Of a DNA stretch of 64,000 bases, positions 38,792 through 51,650 are shown piece by piece. Within the stretch, counting starts at the first letter, position 1. Every line of letters starts with the position of its first letter. A program made the translations under genes and the position numbers. The notes beneath the pieces were generated by a model. It saw nothing but the letters and a program-made list of their open reading frames with translations. It was not told the origin of the DNA and did not search any database. The stretch is taken from positions 179,800,001 through 179,864,000 of the forward strand of contig CM075978.1 in the NCBI GenBank assembly GCA_038087875.1, in the 5' to 3' direction. This DNA comes from Malacoraja senta (taxonomy: Eukaryota).

Positions 38792-39941
38792 CAGGGCCGG
38801 CCTTAAGTCGATTGGACAAATTGCTCCGAATTGGGCCCCGCGCCAGAGTAATCTACTCTCGGCTCAGGTAGATCTACCCCGGGTGGCGGGGGGATCGAGG
38901 GGTGGAGAGAGAGTAGAGGGGTGGAGGGGGAAGAAAGGGATAGACGGGGAGGGGTTGTGAGGGGGAATGGAGAAGAGGGAGGTGGGTCGTTCCCTCACGG
39001 TCCCAGTGCAGCACTCCCGCCCCTCCAGGCGCCGTGCGACACGCACACAGCCCCGGCTCCACCCCTCTCTCTCCCCGGGGAGACGCGGTGAACAATACAG
39101 GGAGGGCCAGGCGGGGGGTTAGAGCCTCAAGAGCAACGTTTACAAACATTGGCCTCAGCTCACACCCGTCCGCCCTGACCCCGGCATCCGCTCCCGCCGC
39201 TGGCCCTCTCCCTCCCTTCTTCCCTTCCCCTCCCTTCCTTCCCTTCTTCCCACCCTCCCTTCTCTCCTTTCCTCCCTCCTTCCTCTCTCTCCTTTCCCTT
39301 CTCTCCTTCCCTCCCTCCCTTCTTTCTCTCCTTCCTCTCTCTTTCCCTTCTCTCCTTCTCTCCCTTCTTTCTCTCCTTCACTCCCTCCCTTCTTTCTCTA
39401 TTTCCCTCACTCTCTTCTCTCCTTCCTCCCTTCTCTTCCTCCCTCCTCTCCTTCCCTCCCACACACACATAATGCACAGACAACTAACACACACACACAC
39501 ACAACTAAGTTAGGATGAGGTAGAAGCCCAAAGGGTAGGATGGGGCTGAAGCCCAAAATTTAATGCCTGGACTGGTTTTTCGCCAATAGTTATTGGTTTT
39601 TCAGGATCTAGTTAAGTAATTTTTTTTTTCATTTCACAGTCACTAAAACAAGTGGTATTGTAACTATGTACTTTTCAGAGGTGATCTACACATTTTGTTT
39701 GTTACTTATAGGCTTACATGTATGCAATTTTATATTAAAATATAGCTTAGATCTGTTTTGGTCCATTAACTCGCAGGCACTTTTCAGCGCACATTTTGGT
39801 TACTTTCCATTCTACCATAGAGATATAAAGTCTATAATAGACTTTATTTGTATTTTTATGATTCTACAGACCTTGGCTTGGAACCTGGGGCTCACCAAAA
39901 TTGTTCCCAATTGGGCCCAGCACCTCCTAAAGCCGGCCCTG
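38792..39941 (-). mobile_element. Non-autonomous hAT (same family as 9134-10282)
   Basis: TIRs CAGGGCCGGCC / AGCCGGCCCTG; degenerate TSD ggtagggg / gggagtgg (6/8). Colinear with 9134-10282. Confidence 0.85.
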
Positions 39942-40088
39942 GGGAGTGGCTTGAGTGGGTGCAGGGTTTTCTGGAGCTCCTTGTAAATGGCAATATTTTA
40001 TATGTTCAAAGTTAAAAAGGAGGACTCGGCAGGAATATCAAACTGAGAAAAAAAAGATGATTTGTGCATGAAGAAGCCATGACCAAAG

Positions 40089-40204
40089 CAAAGATACTAG
40101 AGCGGAGACGGAAGCCGGTTACGGAAATGGTGCTGAAGATTACCCATGACCCTACTACGGCTTTCTCGTTGAGTGGACTATCTTGCACCGCCATAGGATC
40201 TTTG
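40089..40204. mobile_element. 116-bp member of the CAAAGAT(A/C)CTA micro-MITE family
   Basis: CAAAGATACTAG ... ATAGGATCTTTG termini; no clear TSD. It abuts the end of the AOC fragment. Confidence 0.55.
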
Positions 40205-40599
40205 GTTTCCAGTCTCCATGAGATGGAGAGTGTGGAGGAAAGTGGCGCTGTAAGGGCAGTCCACGTCTTTCACCAGCTCATTGGAACTTTCCCAATTCCA
40301 TAATGACTGTCTAAGAACTTGGCCCTCATCAGACCTGGCGTCTCTCCGCCGTAAACGAAGTTCACCTCCTGGACGCTCAACTCGAAGACCACCCGCTCCT
40401 TCCTGAAGCGGATATCAAACAGCTGTAAACCGCTGGCGGGACTGTGGCGGAACGTGAACACCCAGTCAAAGTAGCAAACATGGTTGTTTACAACGTGGTA
40501 TCTTGGTCCACGTGGCTCGAACTGGAGGGGGCCGTAGGTTTGAAACTTCTGGCGAGGTCTCAGCGAGGTGTAGTTGGGATCCGAATCCGTCCTTTGGAT
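40205..40599 (-). pseudogene. Captured amine oxidase (AOC-like) coding fragment, uninterrupted copy with a 1-bp deletion
   Basis: Minus strand: ..NYTSLRPRQKFQTYGPLQFEPRGPRYHVVNNHVCYFDWVFTFRHSPASGLQLFDIRFRKERVVFELSVQEV..GIGK/(frameshift)SNELVKDVDCPYSATFLHTLHLMETG. Confidence 0.88.
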
Positions 40600-41145
40600 C
40601 TCTCTCGCTCTCTCACTCCCTCTCTTTCACCCTCTCGCCTTGGCATTCCCGGAATCATTTGGCGTTTTGCGGGGACGGCTGCATCTGCGGTTCCTTCCTG
40701 TTGGGGGGTGGGGGGGAAACCTGGCCTGTGGCGGCTCCTGGTCCGTTCCCTCTGCGGGTGCCGCCTGAGTTCCTCCAGCACTCTGTGTTTTTTGTTTGGC
40801 TCTGGAGTTGAAGGTGGACACGGGGGGGGGGGGGGGGGGGGGGCTCAGCAGGTCGGGCGGTGGCTCTGGGGAGTGGGTGGTGTTTCGGGTCGAGACCCTT
40901 CTGCAGACAATCACAAGTACTCTCACCGACGAGAGTTCAGTTCAGTCTGAAGAAGGGTCTTCTCTCCAGAGTCGCTGCCTGTCCAGCTGAGTTACTCCAG
41001 CTTTATGTCTAACTTTAATTTCAAGAATTAAATAAAAAATACAGAGTGCTGGAGGAACTCAGCGGGCTAGGCGGCATCTGTGGAGGGAATGGATTAGGAG
41101 TTGTTTCGGGCCTGGATTCTTCTTCAATAGGAAGGAACTACAGAT

Positions 41146-41177
41146 CAAAGATACTAGAGCGGATACTCGTATCTTTG
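41146..41177. mobile_element. 32-bp micro-MITE, counterpart of 8517-8548 in the duplicated element
   Basis: CAAAGATACTAG-agcggata-CTCGTATCTTTG; TSD ctacagat / ctgcagat (7/8). Confidence 0.78.
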
Positions 41178-41416
41178 CTGCAGATCAGGCATGATATTCT
41201 TCCGATTGAACTCGTAATTCCGATTTTATTGTTTTCCTATTTTCAATTTTTGGTGCCCGATTATTTGGCGGCCAATCACCCACTGTCTCTAAGGGCATTG
41301 TGTCCAATCACATAATGCGCTGGTCACTCGGCAGCCAATCAGACACAGTCTCCTAGGGGCCTTTTGATCAATCACCGACCTGCTTCCCTCACAGAAGCAG
41401 ACGATGGCTGCAGCCA

Positions 41417-41473
<57 letters not shown>

Positions 41474-41504
41474 GAGATGCAAGAAAGCAGCTATGACATA
41501 TAAT

Positions 41505-42180
41505 CAGAATCACACTTTATTCGCCAAGTATGTTTTGCAACGTACGAGGAATCCCCCACATTCCTCACTGTGATGGAAGGCGAAAAAAAGTTCAAGTCCC
41601 TTCCCTTAGTTCTTCCTCGATCGTGGGCCTCGAGCCCCCATTGACGGGACGATCTTGACTCCCATAGCCGGCGGCTTTTCAGGCCCTCAGCGTCGAAGCG
41701 ATCCGCTCACGCATCGGGGGGATGTCAGCTCCCCCACGCTGGACGATCGAACCTCGCGTCATGGCTGGTTGAACCTTCTGCGACGTTGGAACTCCCGACT
41801 AGCATCTCCAGAAGACTGCGAGCTCTTGATGTTTAAAGTCCGCGGTGGTCGTGGTGGGTGCGATCCCAGGCAAGGGATCAGCTCCAATGTTAAGTCCGCG
41901 CCCCGCGGTGGGGCTCACGACAGTCCGAGGAGGCCTCCAGCTGCAGCAATGGAAGGCTGCAGAGCGCCCAGAGAATGTGATCCAAATGTGATCTGAAAAT
42001 TAATCACATCTCCGGGATGGTAAGAACATGAAAAAAAGTTTTTCCCTCTGCCCTCCCCCACATAAAACAAACCGAAGAACATTCAAACAAACTTTTAACA
42101 CACTAAAAAATAACAAAAAGAATGGAAAAACGAACAGACTGCCGGCAGGGCAGCCATCTCCCCAGCGCCCCTGGTGGACT
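41505..42180 (-). mobile_element. GC-rich retroposon inserted only in Pack-hAT copy 2
   Basis: The empty site in copy 1 at ~8095-8110 (attgtgcattatgtcatagc) is contiguous. The body is related to 2741-3435. Confidence 0.7.
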
Positions 42181-45100
42181 ATAATACACAATAAACTATA
42201 TTATAAATACACAATAAACAAGTTATGCATTCTTGTACTCTTACATGGGTATGACCGCACAGTAAAAAATCCCCCCCCCCCCCACTTCCTTCCCAACCTC
42301 AGCCTCACAGACCTTAGAGTACACCTGGTTCCTAAAACACATTTCCATCACTGGTTACCATCGAAGAAGTACTGAAGGTACTGTCGTGCATGAAGGTAGA
42401 CAAATCACCAGGGCCTGATCAGATATATCTGAGGACATTGCGGGAAACTAGAGACAAAATTGCGGGAGCTCTGGTTAAAATTTACGAGTCGTCCTTAAAT
42501 ACAGGAGAGGTGCCGGAAGACTGGAGGGTGGCAAGTGTTCTGCTTCTTTTCAAGAAGGGCGGCAGGGAAAATGCTGGAAACTATAAGCCGGTGAGCTTAA
42601 CATCTGTAGTTGGAAAGTTATTAGAGATTATTCTGAGGAATAGGTTATACAGGAATTTGAATGGGCATGGTTTTGTACGTGGGAGGTCGTGTCGCACAGA
42701 TTTTTTTGAAGAAGTGACCAAAAAGGTCGATGAGGGCAGATCTGTAGATGTTGTGTACATGGATTTCAGTAAGGCATTCGACAAGTTTCCGCATGGTCTG
42801 GAAGGTTAGATCGCATGGGATCCAAGGAGACATAGCTGAATGGATAGCAAATTGGCTCCATGGAATGAAGCAGAGGGTGATGGTGGTAGGTTGCTTCTTG
42901 GACTGGAGGCCTGTGACTTGTGGTGTGCCGCAGGGATTGGTGCTGGTCCCGTTACTGTTTGTCATCTACATCAATGATTTGGATGATACAGGGCAAGATT
43001 AGCAAGTTTGCTGATGATGCAAAAGTGAGTGGTTTTGCAGATAATGAAGATGGGTGTGAAAGATTGCAGCAGGATCTGGACCGATTGGCCAGGTGGGCGG
43101 TGGAATGGTTAATGGAATTTAACACAGAGAAGTGTGAGGTGTTGCATTTTGGGACGTCAAACAAGGGCAGGACCAACACAGTAAATGGCAGGCCTCTGGG
43201 TAGTGTTGTAGAGCAGAGGGATCTAGGAGTACAAGTGCATGGTTCGTTGAAGGTTGAGTCGCAGTAGATAAGGTGGTCAAAAAGGCTTTGGCACTTTGGC
43301 CTTCATCAGTCAGAGTATTGAGTATAGAAGTTGGGAGGTCATGTTGCAGTTGCATAAGATGTTGGTGAGACCGCATTTAGAATATTGTCTTCAGTTCTGG
43401 GCACCATGTTATAGGAAACATATTATCAAGCTTGAAATGGTCCAGAAAAGATTTATGAGGAAGTTGCCAGGACTAGAGGGTGTGAGCTATAAGGAGAGGT
43501 TGAGTAGGCTAGGTCTCTATTCCATGGAGTGCAGGAGGATGAGTAGTAATATTATAGAGGTGTACAAAAACATGAGAGGGGTAGATGCACGGAGTTTCTT
43601 GCCCAGAGTAAGGGAATCGAGAACCAGAGGACATAGGTTCAAGGTGAAGGGGAAAAGATTTAATAGGAATCCGAGGGGTAACTTTTTCACACAAAGGGTG
43701 GTGGGTGTATGGAACAAACTGGCAGAGGAGGTAGTTGAGGCTGGGACTATCACATTGTTTAAGAAACAGTGAGACGTGGATAGGACAGGTTTGGAGCAAT
43801 ATTGTCCTAGCGCAGGCAAGTGCGACTAGTGTAGCTGGGACATTGTTGGCCGGTGTGGGCAAGTTGGGCCGAAGGGCCTGTTTCCACACTGCATCACTCT
43901 ATGACTCAATCACATGCAATTTCTCCTCACCACTGAATCCAATTTAACGTGGGATGGCACTCTGCCTCCAGTTTAGTCACCTCACCACCGTTAATTGGTT
44001 TTCTTTGCCATCTGTGATATTCTGAATATTATGCGGCCAACCAAGTAATCCCTGCTCGGAACATTACAATTTATTTAGGTTTAAGAAACAGGAAACATTC
44101 CCATGTATTGAAAATCAACAATCAGCCCACATCTCATTCGCCATCTCCCCAACTCCCACCAAATATAGCAGGCAAGCCTATTTCCGAAATTAACACATGT
44201 TGTATGTTTTCATCTGATGGCTACGATGCGTCACTCTAAGCCTGGGCTGCCATTTGTCTACCTCCTCTTTGCCCTCCTGATTTTCTTCTTAAAGATGCTC
44301 CTCAGTTCCCAAAACTCCTCCAGGGATACACTTGATCCCGGCTGTCGATATCTTTCCCATGCCTCTTTTTTTTCCTGGCCAGAGCCTCAATCTATCTCAA
44401 CATCCACAGTTCCTCAATCCCACCTGCCCACCCATTCACTCTAACAGGAACATGCATCCCCTGAACTCTCGTTGAAAGAAGTGAGTAAGAGAATGCATCT
44501 TAATTTTTAAAGTAATATTACAGTCAATGCATTTGCAATCTTAACAAAATATTTGATGAAAACCTTTGAAATATTTTATGGCAAAGTATCGCAGAAAGCC
44601 CAGCTTAAATCACGACATGCTCTGGTGTGTCACATTTATTGCATCCAGTGGATTTTTGAGAATATCATCTAATATTTGGTCAATACAAAAAATAAAGAAA
44701 GAATAACAATGATTACCTAACATCCCGAGATGAGAGTGAAAGCAATTGATTCTAGTACTATTCTGATGGAAAGGAAGATACCTAATGTTACATAGGAGTG
44801 GTGACGAAAAGCGGGTACCATCTACCAGTTCACCTGACAACGGTGGGAAAGGAAATACTAGAATCCTATTACCGAAATGACAACATGGCAGATGATAAAT
44901 TATAAGATTGGGCAAACCAGCACAGATTTGCGAAAGCCACGTTATGTATAGATATTAGTTAGAGAGTAGATATATGAAGCTGCAAATACTGGTTTACAAA
45001 AAACAAAACAAAGTGCTGGTGTAACTCAATGGGTCAGGCTGCATCTTTGGAGAACATGCAGAGGTGATGTTTTGGGGCGGGACCCATCTTCAGGCTGATT

Positions 45101-46679
45101 GTGGTGTTGGGGGGGGGGGGGGGACAGAATAGAGGAGGGGCAGGACAAAGGCTGGCAAGTACTAGGCGGTTTCAGATCAAAGGGGATTTTGATGGGTAGG
45201 TAATTGGATAATAGCCGGAGTTGAAAAGACAGAAGGTGTGAGATAAAAGGATTGAAGAGTTGCGGATTGCAATGGATGAAATGTAAGTGGAAAGTGGGGG
45301 CAGGGAGAAATAGGTGTGAGTTTAGGTGGGGCACAGGGAGTGAGGGGCGAGAAAGGGAGGTGTGTAATCACGTATAATTTGATTCAATGTTCAAACCATT
45401 GGGTTGTAAGCGGAAAAAAGTGCTATGGCCTCACTCTGGCAAATAAGCTATCTCGCTGCTCAGAGAATAGGGTTTGTGAATAGGTTCTTTTTGATTCCGA
45501 GGAACTGCTTCAACAAAAGGTAAATCTGATGACTTACACATTATTAGAGCAGAGAGAATATGTCCCTGTCATAAGTATGGTGCAGGTTATAAATGGCTGG
45601 TGGAAAAGGAATTAATATCTAGGTTGAAAATAATGAAATAGGGAGAGCATCTGTTCCATTTCGAAATGTACCTTAAGGGTGATATCTCAAACCCTTCTAT
45701 TGATTTCACAGAGTGCACAGTCTGCGTGCAATATAAGACTCTTTAAAAAATGTTGAAGATATTGTGTCTTGCAATGGTCAATTTTTTTCGAAGACAGACG
45801 CAAAAAACTGGAGTAACAGCAGGAAAGGTGAATGAGAAATATGGACAGTACATAGGGCAAATCAATGGAAGAGATGCTGAAAGCAACGATAATCAAGGAA
45901 ATTTGGAGCTCACAATGGTCCATCTTTGGCTGTGGAATAGGTGGTAACGACTTATACAGACAGTGGAACTCAACAGGATTGCAAGGGTTATTTAAAGTTA
46001 GAGAAAGCAAGATTTATAGCGCTGGGTTGTAAGCCGCCCCAGGGAAATATGAGGTGCTGTTCCTCAAATTTACTCCGACTGAGAGGTCAGTATGGGAATG
46101 AGAAGGGGAGTTAAAGTGTTTGGCAACCAGGTGATCACGTGGCGGACTGAGCGATTTCTTCAATTGTGTTCAGTAGTTTCACAGTGACCTGCACCTGAAA
46201 GAATCGGAATTGAAGTATAGAAATAAATAATGGAATATATCAAGGTTTGGGGCAGGCTTGTAAAATGTCATAGCTTCTCCTTTCATTTCCCGCATAGTAC
46301 CATGCTTACCCCTCCTTTTCTCTTGTTTTCAATTAATGTCGTCATTAACATGGAGAAATGTACAATTTAATTGTATGCAACGTACAAATTAACAATTTGT
46401 CATTGACAATAAGAAATGTAGGTAATATGTTAACATAAACTACTGAAATATTAATCTGACTAAAAATTGAAAAACAGTCCAACAACCCAAAATTCACACG
46501 GTCACATGCAATTCTCAACCATAGGTCAGTGTCCTGGAAAATTCCCCGTTCTTATTCAATAAATTTAACTGATACTGCTGGTATTGTTTCTCCTTCAGTT
46601 GTGTTTTCGTTTGTCAAGGATACATTTGGGAAAATTGTAAATGATAAAAAAGAATGAACAGAACGTATACATTTAATGT

Positions 46680-46905
46680 TCAAGAAAGAACTGCAGATGC
46701 TGGAAAAATCGAAGGTAGACAAAAATGCTGGAGAAACTCAACGGGTGAGCAGCATCTATGTAGCAAAGGAATAGGTGACATTTTTTGGGTCGAGATCCTT
46801 CTTCAGACCCATTGTCTGAAGAAGGGTCTCGACTTGAAACGTCACCTATTCCTTCGCTCCATAGATGCTGCCTCACCCGCTGAGTTTCTCCAGCATTTTT
46901 GTATA
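46680..46905. repeat. Head-to-head Penelope pseudo-LTR foldback with hammerhead-like cores on both strands
   Basis: ~90-bp inverted arms centred near 46811; CTGAAGA-agggtctcgactt-GAAAC-GTC at 46816. Confidence 0.75.
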
Positions 46906-47393
46906 CATTTAATGAGTCAGAGAAACTCATAGGTTTGAATCAAAACTCCACAGTGATGGAAATAAATACTCTAGAATGCACATAAGAATTTGTAGTTTTC
47001 AGTCAATGAGTATGCAACTTTTACTATGGCAATATATCCAAGACTGACACCGGAGTTCCATCTTACTGGCAAGAGGGCCTGAAAACATCGGACTGGCTGC
47101 GGAGGCCACAAATAGGCCCCGACCTCGGGTGTTCACAGAGGAAGAGGACTGAACTTTCTGGTGCCTTTCCCCACAGTGGAAAATTTTAATTCTGTTGTGG
47201 GGGGACGTTCATGTTGAATTCTATAATGTGTGGTGTCAATTTTATTTTTTTTGTTTTTTCTATGGATGTACGGAAACTTAGTTGTTACTTCTATGTAAAG
47301 AACATTGGTTTCAACGAGAGTTGATTTAAACGTGCTACATAAATAAAATTTACTTACTTACTTACTTACTTACATAAATTGTAAAAAAGATAT

Positions 47394-47815
47394 TCAGAGG
47401 TAACAAGTTTGGACAAAAACTCCTGAGAGTTGTGAAAGGTCTCGTGCTTGACAATTCATGGGGATGTTCTCAATAGAAAGTTGTTGATGTGGTGAATCTG
47501 GAAAACTCTGCAGGGTGCACAAAAACTTTAATAAACAACACAACGGCACACCTTCTTGCAATAAATGTACTGCTTTCAATTTCGACTTCAGGAAGCGAAG
47601 CGGCCCCCATACCCCAGTTTGCATCGATAGCGCCAAAGTAGAGATAAATGAAATCTTCAAATCGCTAGGAGTCAATATCATCAACAACAACTTCTGGACC
47701 ACCCATATTGAAGCAATGACCAAGAAAGCTCACCAATGCCTACACTTCCTTAGAAGGCTTAGGAAGTTCGGCATGTCCCCTACAACCGTCACCAACTTCT
47801 ACAGATGCACCATAA
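47394..47815 (+). mobile_element. Rex1/Babar RT fragment
   Basis: 'FKSLGVNIINNNFWTTHIEAMTKKAHQCLHFLRRLRKFGMSPTTVTNFYRCTI'. Confidence 0.75.
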
Positions 47816-47984
47816 CCTTCTGAAACGTCTGAATTTGTAGTCGGCAGGGCAGTACTCTGCATATCTCCAACTTGGATGTGTTGTGCATACTAACGTGCTG
47901 TTAGTGCCCCCTTAAAATGTCTAGTGAAGGTGATTTGACTATATTGTTGTCTAGTTTGTTCCATTCCCTTCAGGTTCTTACAAA

Positions 47985-48715
47985 GAATTAGTTCTTATAA
48001 ATATCTGTCCTGGTGAATGGGGTTTCTATTTGCATATCATTTCTCTTTCCTGTTCTCCTTTCTGTTGAGTATGCTATGTATCTATCTGCAGTTATGCCCA
48101 CAATCCCCTTTTGAATCTTGTACCACATGGCTAATCTGTTCCTTGCCCTTCTTGTTTCCAGCGTTTCCCGCTCCAGGTTGGACAGCATCTGGGTGAAACT
48201 GCTACCTCTATTGTAGTTCCCGATGCAAAAGCATGCTGCTTTCCTCTGTAACCCTTCTAGATTGTTGATATGACCAGTTTTGTATGGGTCCCGGGCGCAT
48301 GAAGCGTATTCCAGTAAGGGTCTAACCAATGTTATATATGCTGTGGTTTTAACTTCCTTTGGGCAGATCCAAAGGTTTCATCTAAGGAATCCTAGTGTCC
48401 GGTGGGCTTTAGTGACCGTGTTGTCCACGTGTTCCCCCCCATGAAAGTTTGCTATCAACATGAACTCCAAGGTATGGTTGTGAACTTGTACGATGAAGTA
48501 TTTGTCCACAGAAGACGTAGTCTTGAGTAGGTGGTTTCTTCTTGTTTGAAATTACCATAATTGAGCATTTGGTTGGGTTGAAGCTCATCTTCCATGTGTT
48601 TTGCCATAATTCCAAGGACTTAAGGGCTCCATTTCTTTTTTTGTGTGCCCGAAACTGGATTTGATCTGTGAGACACACAGGGTTACTGTTGTATCACCGG
48701 GGTATTTCTGTTTCA
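47985..48715 (-). mobile_element. L2/CR1-group LINE 3' fragment
   Basis: 'WKMSFNPTKCSIM','VRPLLEYASCARDPY..LEGLQRKAACFC','RRARNRLAMWYKI'. Confidence 0.75.
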
Positions 48716-49051
48716 ATCCACAACCTCACAGCTCGAAATCTGCCTTTGCATTAAACCTACCACAACCAGAGAGCAGTACTGAACTATTATCTACCTCACT
48801 GGTGCTCTTGGACGATCCTTGATGGGACTTTGCTGATCGGATCGGACCTTGCAGTAAAGTTATTCCTTCATCATACCCAGTTTGCATCGATGGCGCCAAA
48901 GTAGAGATAATTGAAATCTTCAATATATATATATATACACTGTAAATGGCTTGATAGTAATCATATATTGTCTTTCTGCTGACTGGATAGCACGCCACAA
49001 AAACTTTTCACTGTACCCCGGTACACGTGACAATAAACTAAATTAAATAAA

Positions 49052-51650
49052 AGCCCTGTCTCACGGTGCGAGTTGACCCACGAGGTACCCTGAGTGAAAG
49101 ACTCGTGGTTGTGTACGAGATTCCAAGTTTATGATCAAGAGTTTAACCGAGTTCCCACGGGTATGACTAAGTTTGCCGTTTACTTGTCATTTCTGCGATG
49201 TTCCAAGTTCGTCTCCCGAGTTACCAACTTCCTCTCCCGAGTTACTCTTGAGCCAACAACGTCTACCGACGTGTTGAAAAATCATCACATGGTAAAAATG
49301 ATGTCATGCTGGTTTTTTTGCACTATAAAAAGCCTCCCTTGTTTAAATCGACTCATTTGGAAACATGGCTGCAAGCAGGCAATTGGGGTCCAGGATGGTG
49401 ATGTTTTTTATTCGAGTGCTGTATGCAGCAAACCTTTATGTCTGTCATGCAAGGATGTTTGTGCAATGAAGGCAGAAGGGAAAGAGAGCTCTGTTTCTCT
49501 CTCTCCACTGACCTGTTCAGTGATTCCAGCCCTTTCTGTTTGTACTTCAGATTTCCAGGAGCTGCAGTTCTTTTGAGATTTAATTAACGTTGACCCGTGT
49601 CTGTGTGAGCGTGACTCACTCTCTGTGCAGCCTGAGTTGTGACGCATTTTTTTACTCTTTTCTCTATCTTTTTCTGATTTTCAGTATCTGCTGTAACTTG
49701 CTTTTGACTCTTATTATTAATGTGTGAAGTGTTGATTTTAGCCAGAGCCATTTTACTGGCATATCTTCCCGAGCAGAAATAGTCTACAAATAAAAAAAAC
49801 CTCAAATATTTCAGGAATAATCTGTATAAATATGTCTCATTTTCAAATAAATGCTGCTTTACTTCTGAGATATTTGTACTGACCAGAGGCGCAGCACGTT
49901 TTAACAATTGTTTTCCTAATGGTACAACACTAGCACCCAGTGATTGGGTTAAACATAATCCTTAACTGTATTGTAACCTATGTTGTTTAAAATGGTTTTA
50001 AAATGTTGACTTAAACCTTGTGCTATTTGTGGGAATTCAAAAAGCTGACGCTTCTAACCGCAGGGATTGGGGTCCTGCTTGGAGTGTTTATGTCCTTCTC
50101 AGGGGGGGGGGGGGGGTTCTGCTTCCAATTAGCCATCATCCTACAACTTGCTCCCAAAGACAACATAGCCAGTTTTATCCGATTACATTACATCTGCTTG
50201 AAGAACCGACTTCAACGCTGGATCAAAATGTCAGCAGTCCTCTCAATGAGTTGATGCAAAGCCTCTTGGTCACTAACTCCACACGGACAGCAGCTGAGCT
50301 CAGGATCGAACCTGAGACCACGAGGAAGCAGCATTAACTGCTGTACCATGCAGTGGAGATGGTCCAGGTCTAATCAATGTGATTCCTGATGGTCAGGGGA
50401 AAATGATCTCTCGTCTCCCTTTCCCCTGACTCACAGTCTGAAGAAGGGTCTCGACCCGAAACATCACCTATTCCTTTTCTCCAGGGATGCTGTCTGACCC
50501 GCTGAGTTACTCCAGCTTTTTGTGTATATCTTCGGTTTGAACCAGCGTCTGCAGATCCTTCCTGCACATGATTCCTGATGTGTCTGAGTATGGTCTAAGA
50601 AGACACCCAGAGAGCTTCCAGCTGTGCTCCAGTACAATTCCAGCTGTGCTCAGGCTTTCAGTGACCAGGTCTTGCTTTGTGCTGCCTTTGTCCCAATTTC
50701 TGCTGACAATCCCCTCCGTCTTCAGCAAGGACCTCAGGAAGTTCCAAATCGCGAAGGCTTATTATGATCATGGGGTGGGGGGGGGGGTGGGGGGGGGGAG
50801 GAAAGGTGAGACAAGGGCCTGGACCAATTAATTCCCGCACAACACGCTCACTGCAAATTCCTCCCCACACCGCTGTCTGCATCAACTGCAAGTTAAGGGC
50901 CTGTCCCACGAGCATGCGACTGCATGTGGCAAGCGCGACCTAACGTGGTCGCTTGAGCTGTACGGCCTCGCGGGGCCGGTCCCACTTCGATCGCCGGGCC
51001 GTGTGGAGTTGTGCGGAGCTGGTCCCGATATCGCGCGGGGCTCCGGAAAACTGACACTGTTAAAAAATTCCGCGCGGCAATGGCCTGCCGGCCCGCAACG
51101 CCGTACGCACCGCCTCGGCGGGCGTGCGCAGCGTCTCGACGCCGTACGTCACGTGCGAACTTCACGCGGACTTCGCTCGAACTTCACGTCACTCACTCGA
51201 CCGCCGCGTGGCCCCCACTTCCGGTTTGGTCGCGCTTGCCGCATGCATTCGCATGCTGGTGGGACAGGCCCTTTACAGAATGGCGATTTAATCTGTTGTT
51301 TAAACTTTTTTTTCTCTGTCCAGCTGCCGAGTTCAGAGTGCCCACGAGTTAACACGGTAGACTCAAGAGTCACTAAGTTTAACTCACGGGCCACCAAGTT
51401 CTTACGAGTTTAAATGTTTCAATTTTTAACTTCAACAGTACATTTTACTCGTGGAAAACTTTAAACATGTTTGAATTTTTTCAAGAGTTATCAAGTTTCA
51501 CGGGTACCTGCCGTTAGCGCCATGAGTCGCTAAGTTGCGTCCACGAGTTCCGACGTTCCCGCTACGTTAATTGTACGTGATTACCACGAGTTAAATTTGT
51601 TTTAAACTCGGGGTATCTCGTGGGTCAACTCGCACCGTGAGAAGCGGTTA
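49052..51650. mobile_element. PIF/Harbinger-like non-autonomous element (~2.6 kb)
   Basis: ~35-bp inverted termini tctcacggtgcgagttgacccacgag(g/a)taccc at 49059 and ~51608-51642, and many internal 'cacgag/gagtt' repeats. Confidence 0.65.
50896..51272. mobile_element. PIF/Harbinger MITE nested in the preceding element
   Basis: ~45-bp TIRs AGGGCCTGTCCCACgagcatgcga...; TTA target duplication at 50893-50895 and 51273-51275. Confidence 0.85.

Noticed and set aside
49360-49480. Possible decayed Myb/MADF domain in the Harbinger-like element
   Set aside because: Only a vague resemblance ('KPLCLSCKDV') after assuming frameshifts.
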